28,084 nt of DNA, taken from positions 1 through 28,084 of the IMG/VR virus record IMGVR_UViG_3300025097_000039; one strand, given 5' to 3'. The translations under genes were made by a program, and so were the position numbers. This DNA comes from a virus (taxonomy: Duplodnaviria > Caudoviricetes). The notes under the pieces are model-generated. The model ran no database searches and was not told where the DNA came from. It saw only the letters and a list, made by a program, of their open reading frames with translations. Of this stretch, positions 7,891-16,894 are shown piece after piece (the first letter of the stretch is position 1; each line of letters opens with the position of its first letter).

Positions 7891-9654
7891 ATGGTAGCAG
7901 GAAACAGAATAAACATAGGAAATTTAGGATTTGAAGATATACGAAATAGTATTATTAATTTTCTTCAAACCGAAAAGGTGGGTGCTGCTTCATATTTAAA
8001 CGACTATACGTATGACGGTTCTGCTATGTCTACCTTGATTGATCTCTTATCCTATAATACCTTATATTATGCTTTTTATACGAACATGATTGCTAACGAA
8101 ATGTTTTTAGATAGTGCTCAAAAAGAAGAATCTCTAATATCACTAACAAAACCTCTTGGGTATGCAGTTCCGGGATATAACAGTGCCGTTGCTACTGTTT
8201 CTATGACCAAGGGGGGAGAGGGTAATGTGATAAAAAAATTAGAACATAAATTTAAAGGAACCGGTAGCGACGAATCTTTTGTGTTTGTTGCATATCAAGA
8301 CTATACACTAGACAGTCAGGGGAAACATCCGTCTATAGAATTATATGAAGCCAAAAATATAATTTTTGATCAGGTGTTTGTCGTTGAAATAGAATCACAA
8401 AGTATATCATTAGATGCTTATCCAAACATTGATATTTCTTCATTAATTGTTGAAGTAAGTGATGATGGGGGATCAACATGGGACGAATATGTTCTTAGTT
8501 CGAACATAGCACTTAATGTGGGCGAAGATCAAAAATTATATTGGCTAGAAAGAGATTCAAAAGGATTTAAAATTATATTCGGTGGACTGGAAGAAGAATT
8601 AAAAAATATATCTGTTGGTAGAAAAATAGAAACAAACGATAAAGTTCAGTTGTCTTTTGTTTTAAGCAGTGGCACTGATGGCAATGAAGTGTTTTCTTTC
8701 GAAACAGATGATGTCATAAAAGGTTCTGATGCTGATGCTCTTTCTGGGAATAATGAAATAACAACATTATCATCTTCTTCTGGTGGAAGTAATGGACCAA
8801 ATTTAGACAGTATACGTTTTTATGCTCCTCGCTGGTTTGCAGCCCAAGATAGGGCAGTAACAAAAGATGACTGTATTAGTCTATTGCAAGAAAAATCATA
8901 TAATAATTTTTCTCTCTGGGGCGGAGACGAAGCATCTCCGCCACAGTATGGAAAAGTTTTAATGTCTTTTGATAATGACGGAGAATGTGTAGATGCTTCT
9001 TCTTTTCTTGACACTAAACTACCCGTTACTATATTTTCTGAATGTATTCCCTCAGAATCATTTTCACTTATAGTAAACGTAAATGGTTTTTATAATCCAA
9101 ACGACACTCCCAGATCCCAAGACGAACTGAATGCTATAGTAGAATCCGCAGTCAATTCTCTTTATGAAACTGAAGAATTTAACACTGTGTTTGATAAAAC
9201 TCAAATCAACGAGGAACTAAAAAAGAAAGATAAAGCATTAACAATTTCTGATTCTGGTATATCATTAAAAATGAAAAACACACAACCAACTTCTACCGAT
9301 AAAAGAAAAATTAAATTCTTAACTACACTTGTTAGAGGTTCATTTGCCGGTGATACAATTTCATCTTCACAAATAACAACATCAACGTTGTCGAATGAAC
9401 CTTTTTGGTTACAAGACAATCCAAGCACCAACAATATAATTGCATTTAATTATATCAATGGGGTTAAAAATATCATTTCAGAAACAGCCGGAACTGTTGA
9501 TTATATCACGGGTCTGGTGGAAATTAATGCTGGTGTTTCAGTTAATTCCTTTTCAATAACGACAATTCTTCCACAAGAAGAATTAGTGTTTACTGCAAAG
9601 GAAAATATAAAAATTAATGTGATTACCACTGCATCTATAGAACCCCGAGGTTAA
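7891..9654 (+). CDS. gp6: Baseplate wedge subunit gp6
   Basis: LGFEDIRNSI...DYTYDGSAMSTLIDLLSYNT...NEMFLDSAQ...LGY; SIRFYAPRWFAAQDRAVT; WGGDEASPPQYGKV; GTVDYITG. Confidence 0.95.
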   Translation: MVAGNRINIGNLGFEDIRNSIINFLQTEKVGAASYLNDYTYDGSAMSTLIDLLSYNTLYYAFYTNMIANEMFLDSAQKEESLISLTKPLGYAVPGYNSAVATVSMTKGGEGNVIKKLEHKFKGTGSDESFVFVAYQDYTLDSQGKHPSIELYEAKNIIFDQVFVVEIESQSISLDAYPNIDISSLIVEVSDDGGSTWDEYVLSSNIALNVGEDQKLYWLERDSKGFKIIFGGLEEELKNISVGRKIETNDKVQLSFVLSSGTDGNEVFSFETDDVIKGSDADALSGNNEITTLSSSSGGSNGPNLDSIRFYAPRWFAAQDRAVTKDDCISLLQEKSYNNFSLWGGDEASPPQYGKVLMSFDNDGECVDASSFLDTKLPVTIFSECIPSESFSLIVNVNGFYNPNDTPRSQDELNAIVESAVNSLYETEEFNTVFDKTQINEELKKKDKALTISDSGISLKMKNTQPTSTDKRKIKFLTTLVRGSFAGDTISSSQITTSTLSNEPFWLQDNPSTNNIIAFNYINGVKNIISETAGTVDYITGLVEINAGVSVNSFSITTILPQEELVFTAKENIKINVITTASIEPRG

Positions 9655-9655
9655 A

Positions 9656-10744
9656 ATGTTTCCGTATTATAACAAATCTAAAAAAAATGAAGAATATAAG
9701 CACAGAAAACGACAAGAAACAATAAATTCTTTGTTTGGGAAATCTTCTGCTATGGTCGATTCCTCCTTTCGAGATGTTAGAGACCAAATACCAAAATGGA
9801 TACACAACGAATTTGGTTCAAACGAATCCATTTTCATAAATTTTTTCCAAGCATATTATGATTGGTTATATTCGTCCAAAGGATCTGGTTATAATTTAGA
9901 ATTGGGTGGATTTTTAAATTATCTCGACCTCGATACGACCCCAGAAATTCTACTAAAAAAATATTCGAAAACATTCTTGCCTTCATTTCCAGAACATTTA
10001 ATTGGTGGTGATTCTTTATTCGGTGTTCCTATTGAAAAATTAAGAAGTTTTATAAAAAATGTAAAAACTTCTCTATATCACAAAAAAGGATCCGAAGAAT
10101 CCTATCAATATTTTTTAAGAAATCTATTCGGTATTACAGCCGATTTTGATTATCCAGGAAGGCTGGTTTTTCATTTAAATCGGGGGAAAACAGACGACGA
10201 CATTTATCCTAAATACGGAAGCCATTTAAACGAAAACCCACTAACGGACGGAGACTGGTTTCAGCCATTCACATACATCATAAATGCTGTTATTGATCCA
10301 GATGATCCATTTTTTGATGATATATTCCCAAACGGAGATGGTGTGCCGGTATATAAGGATGCAATCAAATCTGTATTGCATCCTGTCGGAACAAAAATAT
10401 TATTTGAAACTTCTCTTGAAGATTGGGAAGGTCCAACCGGACCTGATGATATTGAAATATTTTGTGAATTCCCAATATTAGGAAATTATTTACCATATAC
10501 TCTAAATACAGATGAAACCATCAATTCTTGTACCGGGTGTACTCTGCCTTATTATAACTCCAACGCTGATAGCGACCCATTAAATGATGTAGCATACCCA
10601 ACACATGTTCTTCCCGATTGGGACGAACCTATTGGCGGGGGTGGCAATTTTGGTGATATAAATATAGGAGACTTGTATGAAATGTGTAATTTATCGGTAA
10701 GTCCGAATATTGGTTTAACTTCTTGCACGGAACTAGGATGCTAA
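9656..10744 (+). CDS. gp7: Baseplate wedge initiator, gp7-like (short form)
   Basis: QIPKWI...FINFFQAYYDWL...DLDTTP...LYHKKGSEESYQYFLRNLFG...YP, and YKDAIKSVLHPVGTKIL. Lies between gp6 and gp8. Confidence 0.8.
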   Translation: MFPYYNKSKKNEEYKHRKRQETINSLFGKSSAMVDSSFRDVRDQIPKWIHNEFGSNESIFINFFQAYYDWLYSSKGSGYNLELGGFLNYLDLDTTPEILLKKYSKTFLPSFPEHLIGGDSLFGVPIEKLRSFIKNVKTSLYHKKGSEESYQYFLRNLFGITADFDYPGRLVFHLNRGKTDDDIYPKYGSHLNENPLTDGDWFQPFTYIINAVIDPDDPFFDDIFPNGDGVPVYKDAIKSVLHPVGTKILFETSLEDWEGPTGPDDIEIFCEFPILGNYLPYTLNTDETINSCTGCTLPYYNSNADSDPLNDVAYPTHVLPDWDEPIGGGGNFGDINIGDLYEMCNLSVSPNIGLTSCTELGC

Positions 10745-10745
10745 A

Positions 10746-12542
10746 ATGACTTCAAATAATTTTTCCAGACAAATTGGGGTTCAGAATGCCAAAATGATTT
10801 ACAATAATTTTGGCACCAATGTGAACGGCATTCCTAATTTCTATACTTTCTTTATGGGTGGCGTTCAAAATCCAATTAACGTTGGAAAAAATTCTAGTAT
10901 AGGTGGTAATAACTTTTTCGAGGATGCTAATGTTTTAAATTCAATTTGTTTTCATAAGACATTAAACAAGAAAGATATTGCACTTGTTATCCCTAGAATT
11001 GATTGGTCTCGGGAAACATCATATCATCCCTACAGATCGGCTGGACAAGAATCTGGTGCTGAATCTTTTTATGCATATAATAAAAATAACAGAATAGTTT
11101 ATATGTGTGTTTCTGATAACGAACACAATCGTTACGATTTAAGACACACAAGCGGGTCTAGTGTCGAACCAACCCACACGACAGGTATTCAAAAATACTC
11201 AGATGGGTATTCGTGGCTTCCTTTATATAAAATCGACTGGAAACTACAATCATTTTTGACCGGAAAATGGTTACCAGTTCCTTCATTGGATGAATTTACA
11301 GAAATAACAAAGGCCGGAACATTTTCCTCAAGTGCAACTGAAATGTGTGGCTCTAACAGCACTACATGTGGTTCGTGTTGTCTTTACCATGAAAATTATT
11401 TTTATGATTCGGTCGGAGACGCATATTATGAACCCGGTCAACTTTATAAAACAATAACAAATATAAAATGCTATGAGTGCCTCGAAATTTCAAGACGTTT
11501 GGGGATGGAAGCATTATTTACTGAAAGCACCGAGGGAACTAATAGTTGCTTGTCTTGTGTGGATACTCCATGCTCATGTTCAAAAGAAACTAAAACCCAA
11601 GTAGAAAAAATCAATTCTTCCACCATCCCTTCACAGAACAATGAAAAATTTCAATCAGCAACAGAAACAGAATCTTCTGGTAACGATGGACGAATTATCT
11701 CTGTGTTTTTTGATGCTGCGAATCTTAGCATTTCGGATCTTACTGTTGATGATTCAAACCCAGAAATAGAAATAGATAGTTCCACTGGCTCTGGGGCGGT
11801 TTTAAGATTTAAAACATATAAAGACATTTATAAAACCAACATAATTCATGGAATCGAAGTCGTTTCATCTGGATCAGGATATAAAGATATTCAAATTATT
11901 AGTGCGCAGGGCTTTGAAAGCAGAATTGAAATTAATATTGATAAAGTTGATGGAATAGCAGTCAATCCTATAGAACTATTAAGTGCTTGTAATATTATGT
12001 ACAATATTCAAATTAGATCTTCTGAAATATCCGATAATGTTGGCACAACTCAACAATCTTTTAAATTTTATGGAATAGCCAGAAACATTGAACTCAAATC
12101 ATCTGATAATACTAAAATATTAGGATCTGATAAACAAGAAAAAGAAGCAACAACATTCTACAGAGCAACAGACAAATATAGAATATTAACAACAGACATG
12201 AGCAGTTTTGAAGAAGCAGAATTTGCTCGTTTTGTGGATAATGAAAATGTATCCGCAGGTCAAATGCAATCTGTTTCTCTGGATGACACTACACCCACAA
12301 ATAAAGAGTTGGAAGTTTTTATCAATCCTTCAACAGCCGAATCCGACAGAACATCTGCGTCAAGTCTTGTGAATTCATCTGATACTGGTACTTATTATAG
12401 TATAGTTAGTCGTGATCTCAGTGATGTTGTTCCCGGAAGCGGAAGTGTGGTTTATACAAAAACAAGCACTTCCATATCTTTACCTTCTGTGGGAGAACCC
12501 ACTCAACTATTAACCTTTAGAATTGTTAAATCGTACTGCTAG
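10746..12542 (+). CDS. gp8: Baseplate wedge subunit gp8 with a Cys-rich insertion
   Basis: DIALVIPRIDW...Y, FYAYN...VYMCVSDN, SSVEPTHT...DGYSWLPLYKI...WLPVP; later IEVVSSGSGY and NPIELL. Confidence 0.9.
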   Translation: MTSNNFSRQIGVQNAKMIYNNFGTNVNGIPNFYTFFMGGVQNPINVGKNSSIGGNNFFEDANVLNSICFHKTLNKKDIALVIPRIDWSRETSYHPYRSAGQESGAESFYAYNKNNRIVYMCVSDNEHNRYDLRHTSGSSVEPTHTTGIQKYSDGYSWLPLYKIDWKLQSFLTGKWLPVPSLDEFTEITKAGTFSSSATEMCGSNSTTCGSCCLYHENYFYDSVGDAYYEPGQLYKTITNIKCYECLEISRRLGMEALFTESTEGTNSCLSCVDTPCSCSKETKTQVEKINSSTIPSQNNEKFQSATETESSGNDGRIISVFFDAANLSISDLTVDDSNPEIEIDSSTGSGAVLRFKTYKDIYKTNIIHGIEVVSSGSGYKDIQIISAQGFESRIEINIDKVDGIAVNPIELLSACNIMYNIQIRSSEISDNVGTTQQSFKFYGIARNIELKSSDNTKILGSDKQEKEATTFYRATDKYRILTTDMSSFEEAEFARFVDNENVSAGQMQSVSLDDTTPTNKELEVFINPSTAESDRTSASSLVNSSDTGTYYSIVSRDLSDVVPGSGSVVYTKTSTSISLPSVGEPTQLLTFRIVKSYC

Positions 12543-12553
12543 GAGTTTAGACT

Positions 12554-13357
12554 ATGTCATTCGAACCATTTGGACCTGATACATTTTACTTAGATCAATC
12601 ACCGTATTTTAGTCGTGTTAATTTACATGAAAATACTGGCAATGCTAATAATTATGTGATGGTTGCGTTTAAGCCGGGACAACCACTACAGGCTGCTGAA
12701 GTAAATGAAATTCAAGATCATTTTTATCGAATGTCATCCCTAACAACCCAAATGCAACATAACTGGTTGGGTGGTCCTGGTCTGTTGTGGGATAGTGATT
12801 ATAATGGGGGATCTGATGGTCTAATACACGAGGATACAATTGGAATTGGTCAAGATGATGGAACCGGTTTAGTTGTTCATGGTCCTGGGTGGTCTGGTAC
12901 TACTCCTCTCTATCCATTTAATAACCCATCTCTAACTTCAAATGCAAATACTAATTTAGTTAGTGTTGTTATTGGAACCAACAGCATAAGTGTTACTTGC
13001 AGAAAGGGTTGGTATTTGGTAGAATCGCCACTTGGCCGGTTTAAAGGTTTGAAAGTTTGGATGCATTTAAATGACGATATAACTAAAGGCGGATTACCAA
13101 AAACTGGTGGGGAATATTATGTCGGATTTGCGGTTAATGTTTCTCATGTAAATTCGTCTATTGACGAAACACTAGAAGACCAAACCGAACAAGGTAGCAG
13201 TATAACATCAGCCACCGCCGATAGAATTAAAATAAGTATAACTAGTTTAGATAATGGAGCGGTGGGCGGCACTACAGTTAGTCCAATAATAAAAGTTCTT
13301 TCTGGTTATAGGTCTGAAATTCGATATATGAATAATTTATTAATAAACAAGTGGTGA
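12554..13357 (+). CDS. Virion structural protein, short DUF4815/VrlC-like N-terminal module
   Basis: SPYF...YVMVAFKPGQPLQAAEVNEIQ and LED...ADRIKISI match the family usually found after gp8. GGAG RBS at about 12542. Confidence 0.7.
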   Translation: MSFEPFGPDTFYLDQSPYFSRVNLHENTGNANNYVMVAFKPGQPLQAAEVNEIQDHFYRMSSLTTQMQHNWLGGPGLLWDSDYNGGSDGLIHEDTIGIGQDDGTGLVVHGPGWSGTTPLYPFNNPSLTSNANTNLVSVVIGTNSISVTCRKGWYLVESPLGRFKGLKVWMHLNDDITKGGLPKTGGEYYVGFAVNVSHVNSSIDETLEDQTEQGSSITSATADRIKISITSLDNGAVGGTTVSPIIKVLSGYRSEIRYMNNLLINKW

Positions 13358-13363
13358 TGGTAT

Positions 13364-13371
13364 TATAAATA
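13364..13371 (+). promoter_or_regulatory. T4-type late promoter TATAAATA
   Basis: Exact consensus, intergenic, followed by a GAGG RBS before the ATG at 13395. Confidence 0.8.
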
Positions 13372-13394
13372 TAACAGTATTAAGAGGAATCTAA

Positions 13395-15644
13395 ATGGGC
13401 GTAGAAAATAACGATTACCAAATAAATCCATTGGCTGCTGCGGATACATTTTATGATTGGATAACCAAAGAAAACGATGAAATAATTGAAAAATTAAATC
13501 GTCTTCGAGTCTATGATGGTCTTTCCGGGGATGGTATTAATGTGTCTATTGATGCCTCTGGAGATGCCACATTTTCGCTAAACAACGAAGTGCCCAACGG
13601 AATAACATTTTTAGATAATGTCAAGATTGATGGCATTCTTGATTATGATATGGGAAATAGTCAAACATCTTCGATGAATTATCGAATTTATGGCTCTACT
13701 GCATCCGGAAGTTTTCCCGGACCAAGCGGCTGGACCCATGCTGGATTTTCTTTTGGTAATCCTATCGGGATGGGATCTTCTTCTGGCTATGATAATTTAT
13801 ACGTTTTTAAATCCCGAGCAAACACAAAAACCAATGCGGAAGCCATTGGTCTTGTTTCGGAAATAACAACCGATTATCTACAAATAACTCCGTTCGGACG
13901 AGTACAGGGCGATGATCTTTCCTCAATAGTCACCACGGGCGGAATTAGTGCCGGTTGTATTTTCTTTGTGGACGGAAATGATGCGGGAATGATGACTCCC
14001 GAAGAACCCGCAATCGAGGGATATGTTTCCAAACCTATGATGGTTGGTTTGAGTGCAGATGCCGGATTTGTGGTTCAATATAGGGGTGTATATCTCTCAG
14101 GATCTAGTGGATCTTCTGCATCAGCATATAATTACCTCAGTACACCGGTTGATTTGGGGGTCGGTGGACATGGATTTTCAAACGGTAAGATTGTTGGCTA
14201 TAAACCAGGCATTGATTTTACTGGCGACACACATGGAAGAAGTGCATATAATGACTGGTTCTGGTGTTCGAGTGATGATGGCGGTGTGGTTGAAACTGCT
14301 CATGATGCAGTTGGTGTTGTTATAAGCCAATTAACAAGTCAAATAATTGAAGTAGCAGTTACCGGATATATAAATCCCTTCCCGTCAACTAAAACAGGTC
14401 TTTTGTTCTTGGGGTCGGATGGCGAACTAGTATCCGACCGACCCGGAGACCTAGCAAAACCGTTTGCTAACGTCTGGGACAATGGCGGCGAAAAGGTAGG
14501 TGTTATATTAAATCAGGTGGCTGATGGTGCTCCTCGTCCCGGAGAAATGTCAACACTATTTAAAAGTCTATCCCCAAATGGCGTTAGTGGTGGAGGCGGT
14601 GGGGGCCACAATCTCCTAATAAACGGCGGGTTTGATGTTTGGCAAAGAGGAATAGGAATATCTCAATATGCCGGAACCGAAAGCACATATTTTGCTGACC
14701 GTTGGGTTCGTAATGATGGTGTCACCAGCGGAGCCGGAATAACTGCTAGTATCCAAAGAATGTCCTTTGCTTCAAATCAAACAGAAGTCGAAGGAAACCC
14801 GACTTATTATGTCCAAACACAACATATAATCGAAGGATCTACTGCTTCCGATAAAGTTTATATTGAAAACAGAATAGAAGATGTCACTTCCATTAGGAAT
14901 GATGATTTAACATTATCTTTCTATGGTAAAGCAGATGTTTCTGGTTCGACGCTGGGAATTGTATGGACTCAAAATTACGATGGTAATAGCGACTATACAG
15001 TAAATACCTTAGACGACAGTGTTATATTATCAAATAACTGGTCAAAGCATACTTTAGTGTTCCAAGCACCCGAAATTGCAAAAGCACCAAGTGGTGATTC
15101 ACATTATGTTGCTTTGGGGTTTGATATTTCGAACAATGAAAATGTTATTGATTTAGCACAGGTAAAAATAGAATATGGTTATTCTGCCACTCCGTTCGAG
15201 CCAACAAATCTCCACGATGAACTGCAAAAATGTAGTAGGTATTATCAAAGAACCTATTCATTAGATCAACAGAATATGTCGGAAACTATGGTAACAGAGT
15301 GTCTGCCTGACTATACTGTAATAGATTTCCCCATAACACAATCAGGTGATTATTATCACAGATTCCCTATAGAAATGAGAGAAGATCCAACGTTCCTTGT
15401 GTTCTCTCCAAAGAGTGGTCAGACAGGAGATGGTTTTAATAGAACCGCATGTCAAGACGTTAGATTAACTTCTGGTTCTAAGGGATTTAATGAAAGAATT
15501 AGAGTCAGCCCCGTTGGTCTTAATAGTATTGAAAATACTGTTAACAAGAAGGGTGCTAGAATTGCAGTTGTTAACGGAGCCGTTCTTTTAGATAACATTT
15601 CAATCCACTACGTTGCAGATGCTGATCTTAATGATAACCTATGA
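13395..15644 (+). CDS. Tail fibre/baseplate-associated protein with a C-terminal carbohydrate-binding-like domain
   Basis: N-terminal DTFYDWITKEN resembles the anchor motif of T4-like fibre proteins. C-terminal NLLINGGFDVWQRG...YFADRW...QVKIEYGYSATPFE...ELQKCSRYYQ is a common fibre beta-sandwich module. Confidence 0.7.
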   Translation: MGVENNDYQINPLAAADTFYDWITKENDEIIEKLNRLRVYDGLSGDGINVSIDASGDATFSLNNEVPNGITFLDNVKIDGILDYDMGNSQTSSMNYRIYGSTASGSFPGPSGWTHAGFSFGNPIGMGSSSGYDNLYVFKSRANTKTNAEAIGLVSEITTDYLQITPFGRVQGDDLSSIVTTGGISAGCIFFVDGNDAGMMTPEEPAIEGYVSKPMMVGLSADAGFVVQYRGVYLSGSSGSSASAYNYLSTPVDLGVGGHGFSNGKIVGYKPGIDFTGDTHGRSAYNDWFWCSSDDGGVVETAHDAVGVVISQLTSQIIEVAVTGYINPFPSTKTGLLFLGSDGELVSDRPGDLAKPFANVWDNGGEKVGVILNQVADGAPRPGEMSTLFKSLSPNGVSGGGGGGHNLLINGGFDVWQRGIGISQYAGTESTYFADRWVRNDGVTSGAGITASIQRMSFASNQTEVEGNPTYYVQTQHIIEGSTASDKVYIENRIEDVTSIRNDDLTLSFYGKADVSGSTLGIVWTQNYDGNSDYTVNTLDDSVILSNNWSKHTLVFQAPEIAKAPSGDSHYVALGFDISNNENVIDLAQVKIEYGYSATPFEPTNLHDELQKCSRYYQRTYSLDQQNMSETMVTECLPDYTVIDFPITQSGDYYHRFPIEMREDPTFLVFSPKSGQTGDGFNRTACQDVRLTSGSKGFNERIRVSPVGLNSIENTVNKKGARIAVVNGAVLLDNISIHYVADADLNDNL

Positions 15645-15654
15645 GGAAAATTAA

Positions 15655-16890
15655 ATGAATAGTTGTTCAAACACATCAAATATAACCCCCAATCTCTTAG
15701 TTCGTGATTTACAAATCAATTCGGGATCTCGGTTGTTTGTTACCATTAATGAGAGTGGATTTTCTGGTGGTTTTGATTCTTCATTGGGCGGAGTAACGGG
15801 TGGTGATGTTATCTTTTATGATGTTCGTAGCGGAAGTGTCAGTGAAAACAAATTTGCCAAGGCTAGAGCCGATTCTCCTGCGACTTCTGAAGTTTTTGGA
15901 ATAATCGAAACTGTCGATGACGACATAAATTATGCCAACGTGGTTATTTCGGGACTTATTGTGTATCCTTCAGAACAATTTAATTATGTGCCTGATGCGG
16001 ACGGTAATACTGGGGGGCTTGGTGGCGGGAATGATGTATTTTTCCTTAGTGGTATAACTGCTGGCGAACTAGAAAATCTTGCACCAACAACCCAAACATG
16101 GATTACAAAGCCTCTCCTTTCCAGGACTAGTATTGATGACTATAACGGTGTAGTTTTAAATTATATCGGTTATGAAGTTGGCGGAGCGGTAGCAGGAGAA
16201 GACTTATCTAGTCCTCCAGTGGGAAGTTTAATTTATGTCCCAACGGATCTGGTTGAAGAAATTACTTCTAAAAATGACACATGGGTGGATGCAAGAAGTT
16301 CTCATGAACTTTCTACTACAACTTATCAATCGTTATATTCTGTATATAAAGACTCTTCGGGTAAACCAAAATATGGTTATATTGAAGAAGTCGAACTTAC
16401 TTCGGAATATAATGCTAATTTGTCACACAAAAGTAAAAACATATCACAAGGAACAGGAACTTCTAAAACACAAGGAACAATTGAAAATGTTGATTTGGTT
16501 AATAACAAATATGAAATTAAAAAGAAATCAACTGAGGACAATTTCAGCAGTTCAAATTCTTTTATTACAATTCATAAATCAACATCTAAAGCAAAATCAA
16601 ACGGAATGACCAAATTTTTCACACCCCAATATAAATCAACAAGCGATAGTATAATTGATGTTTTTGGTTCTCCAACATCCATTCAGATGGTTCCCCTCCT
16701 ACGAATCAAGACAACACAAGCAGTCTATGTACCTAGTAAAGTTTCTGTAGAAGAATTAGAAGTTAGAGACATCTTAACAGCATCAACAACAAATACCTCT
16801 GCTACAACACCAACAATCGACGATATTGCTCTTGAAATTAGTAACTTGAAAGATGACGTTGCTCTTTTAAATTCAAGAGTGATTGGATAA
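15655..16890 (+). CDS. Tail fibre-associated protein with a degenerate tail-collar-like domain and C-terminal coiled coil
   Basis: PPVGSLIY...W...STTTYQSLYSVY...YG resembles the phage tail collar motif. The N-terminal domain is paralogous to part of the upstream gene. Ends IALEISNLKDDVALLNSRV. Confidence 0.55.
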   Translation: MNSCSNTSNITPNLLVRDLQINSGSRLFVTINESGFSGGFDSSLGGVTGGDVIFYDVRSGSVSENKFAKARADSPATSEVFGIIETVDDDINYANVVISGLIVYPSEQFNYVPDADGNTGGLGGGNDVFFLSGITAGELENLAPTTQTWITKPLLSRTSIDDYNGVVLNYIGYEVGGAVAGEDLSSPPVGSLIYVPTDLVEEITSKNDTWVDARSSHELSTTTYQSLYSVYKDSSGKPKYGYIEEVELTSEYNANLSHKSKNISQGTGTSKTQGTIENVDLVNNKYEIKKKSTEDNFSSSNSFITIHKSTSKAKSNGMTKFFTPQYKSTSDSIIDVFGSPTSIQMVPLLRIKTTQAVYVPSKVSVEELEVRDILTASTTNTSATTPTIDDIALEISNLKDDVALLNSRVIG

Positions 16891-16894
16891 TGTT

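Noticed and set aside
43-13357. Bacterial contractile injection system (eCIS/T6SS/tailocin) rather than a phage
   Set aside because: T4-specific gp8, gp53 and gp48 types, TATAAATA late promoters and a probable divergent gp4 all point to a T4-like phage.
16883-16894. TTG start given by the ORF track for fibre 1
   Set aside because: It overlaps the upstream gene; the ATG at 16895 aligns with the paralogue starts (FHGSS/INGSS/YIGSS).
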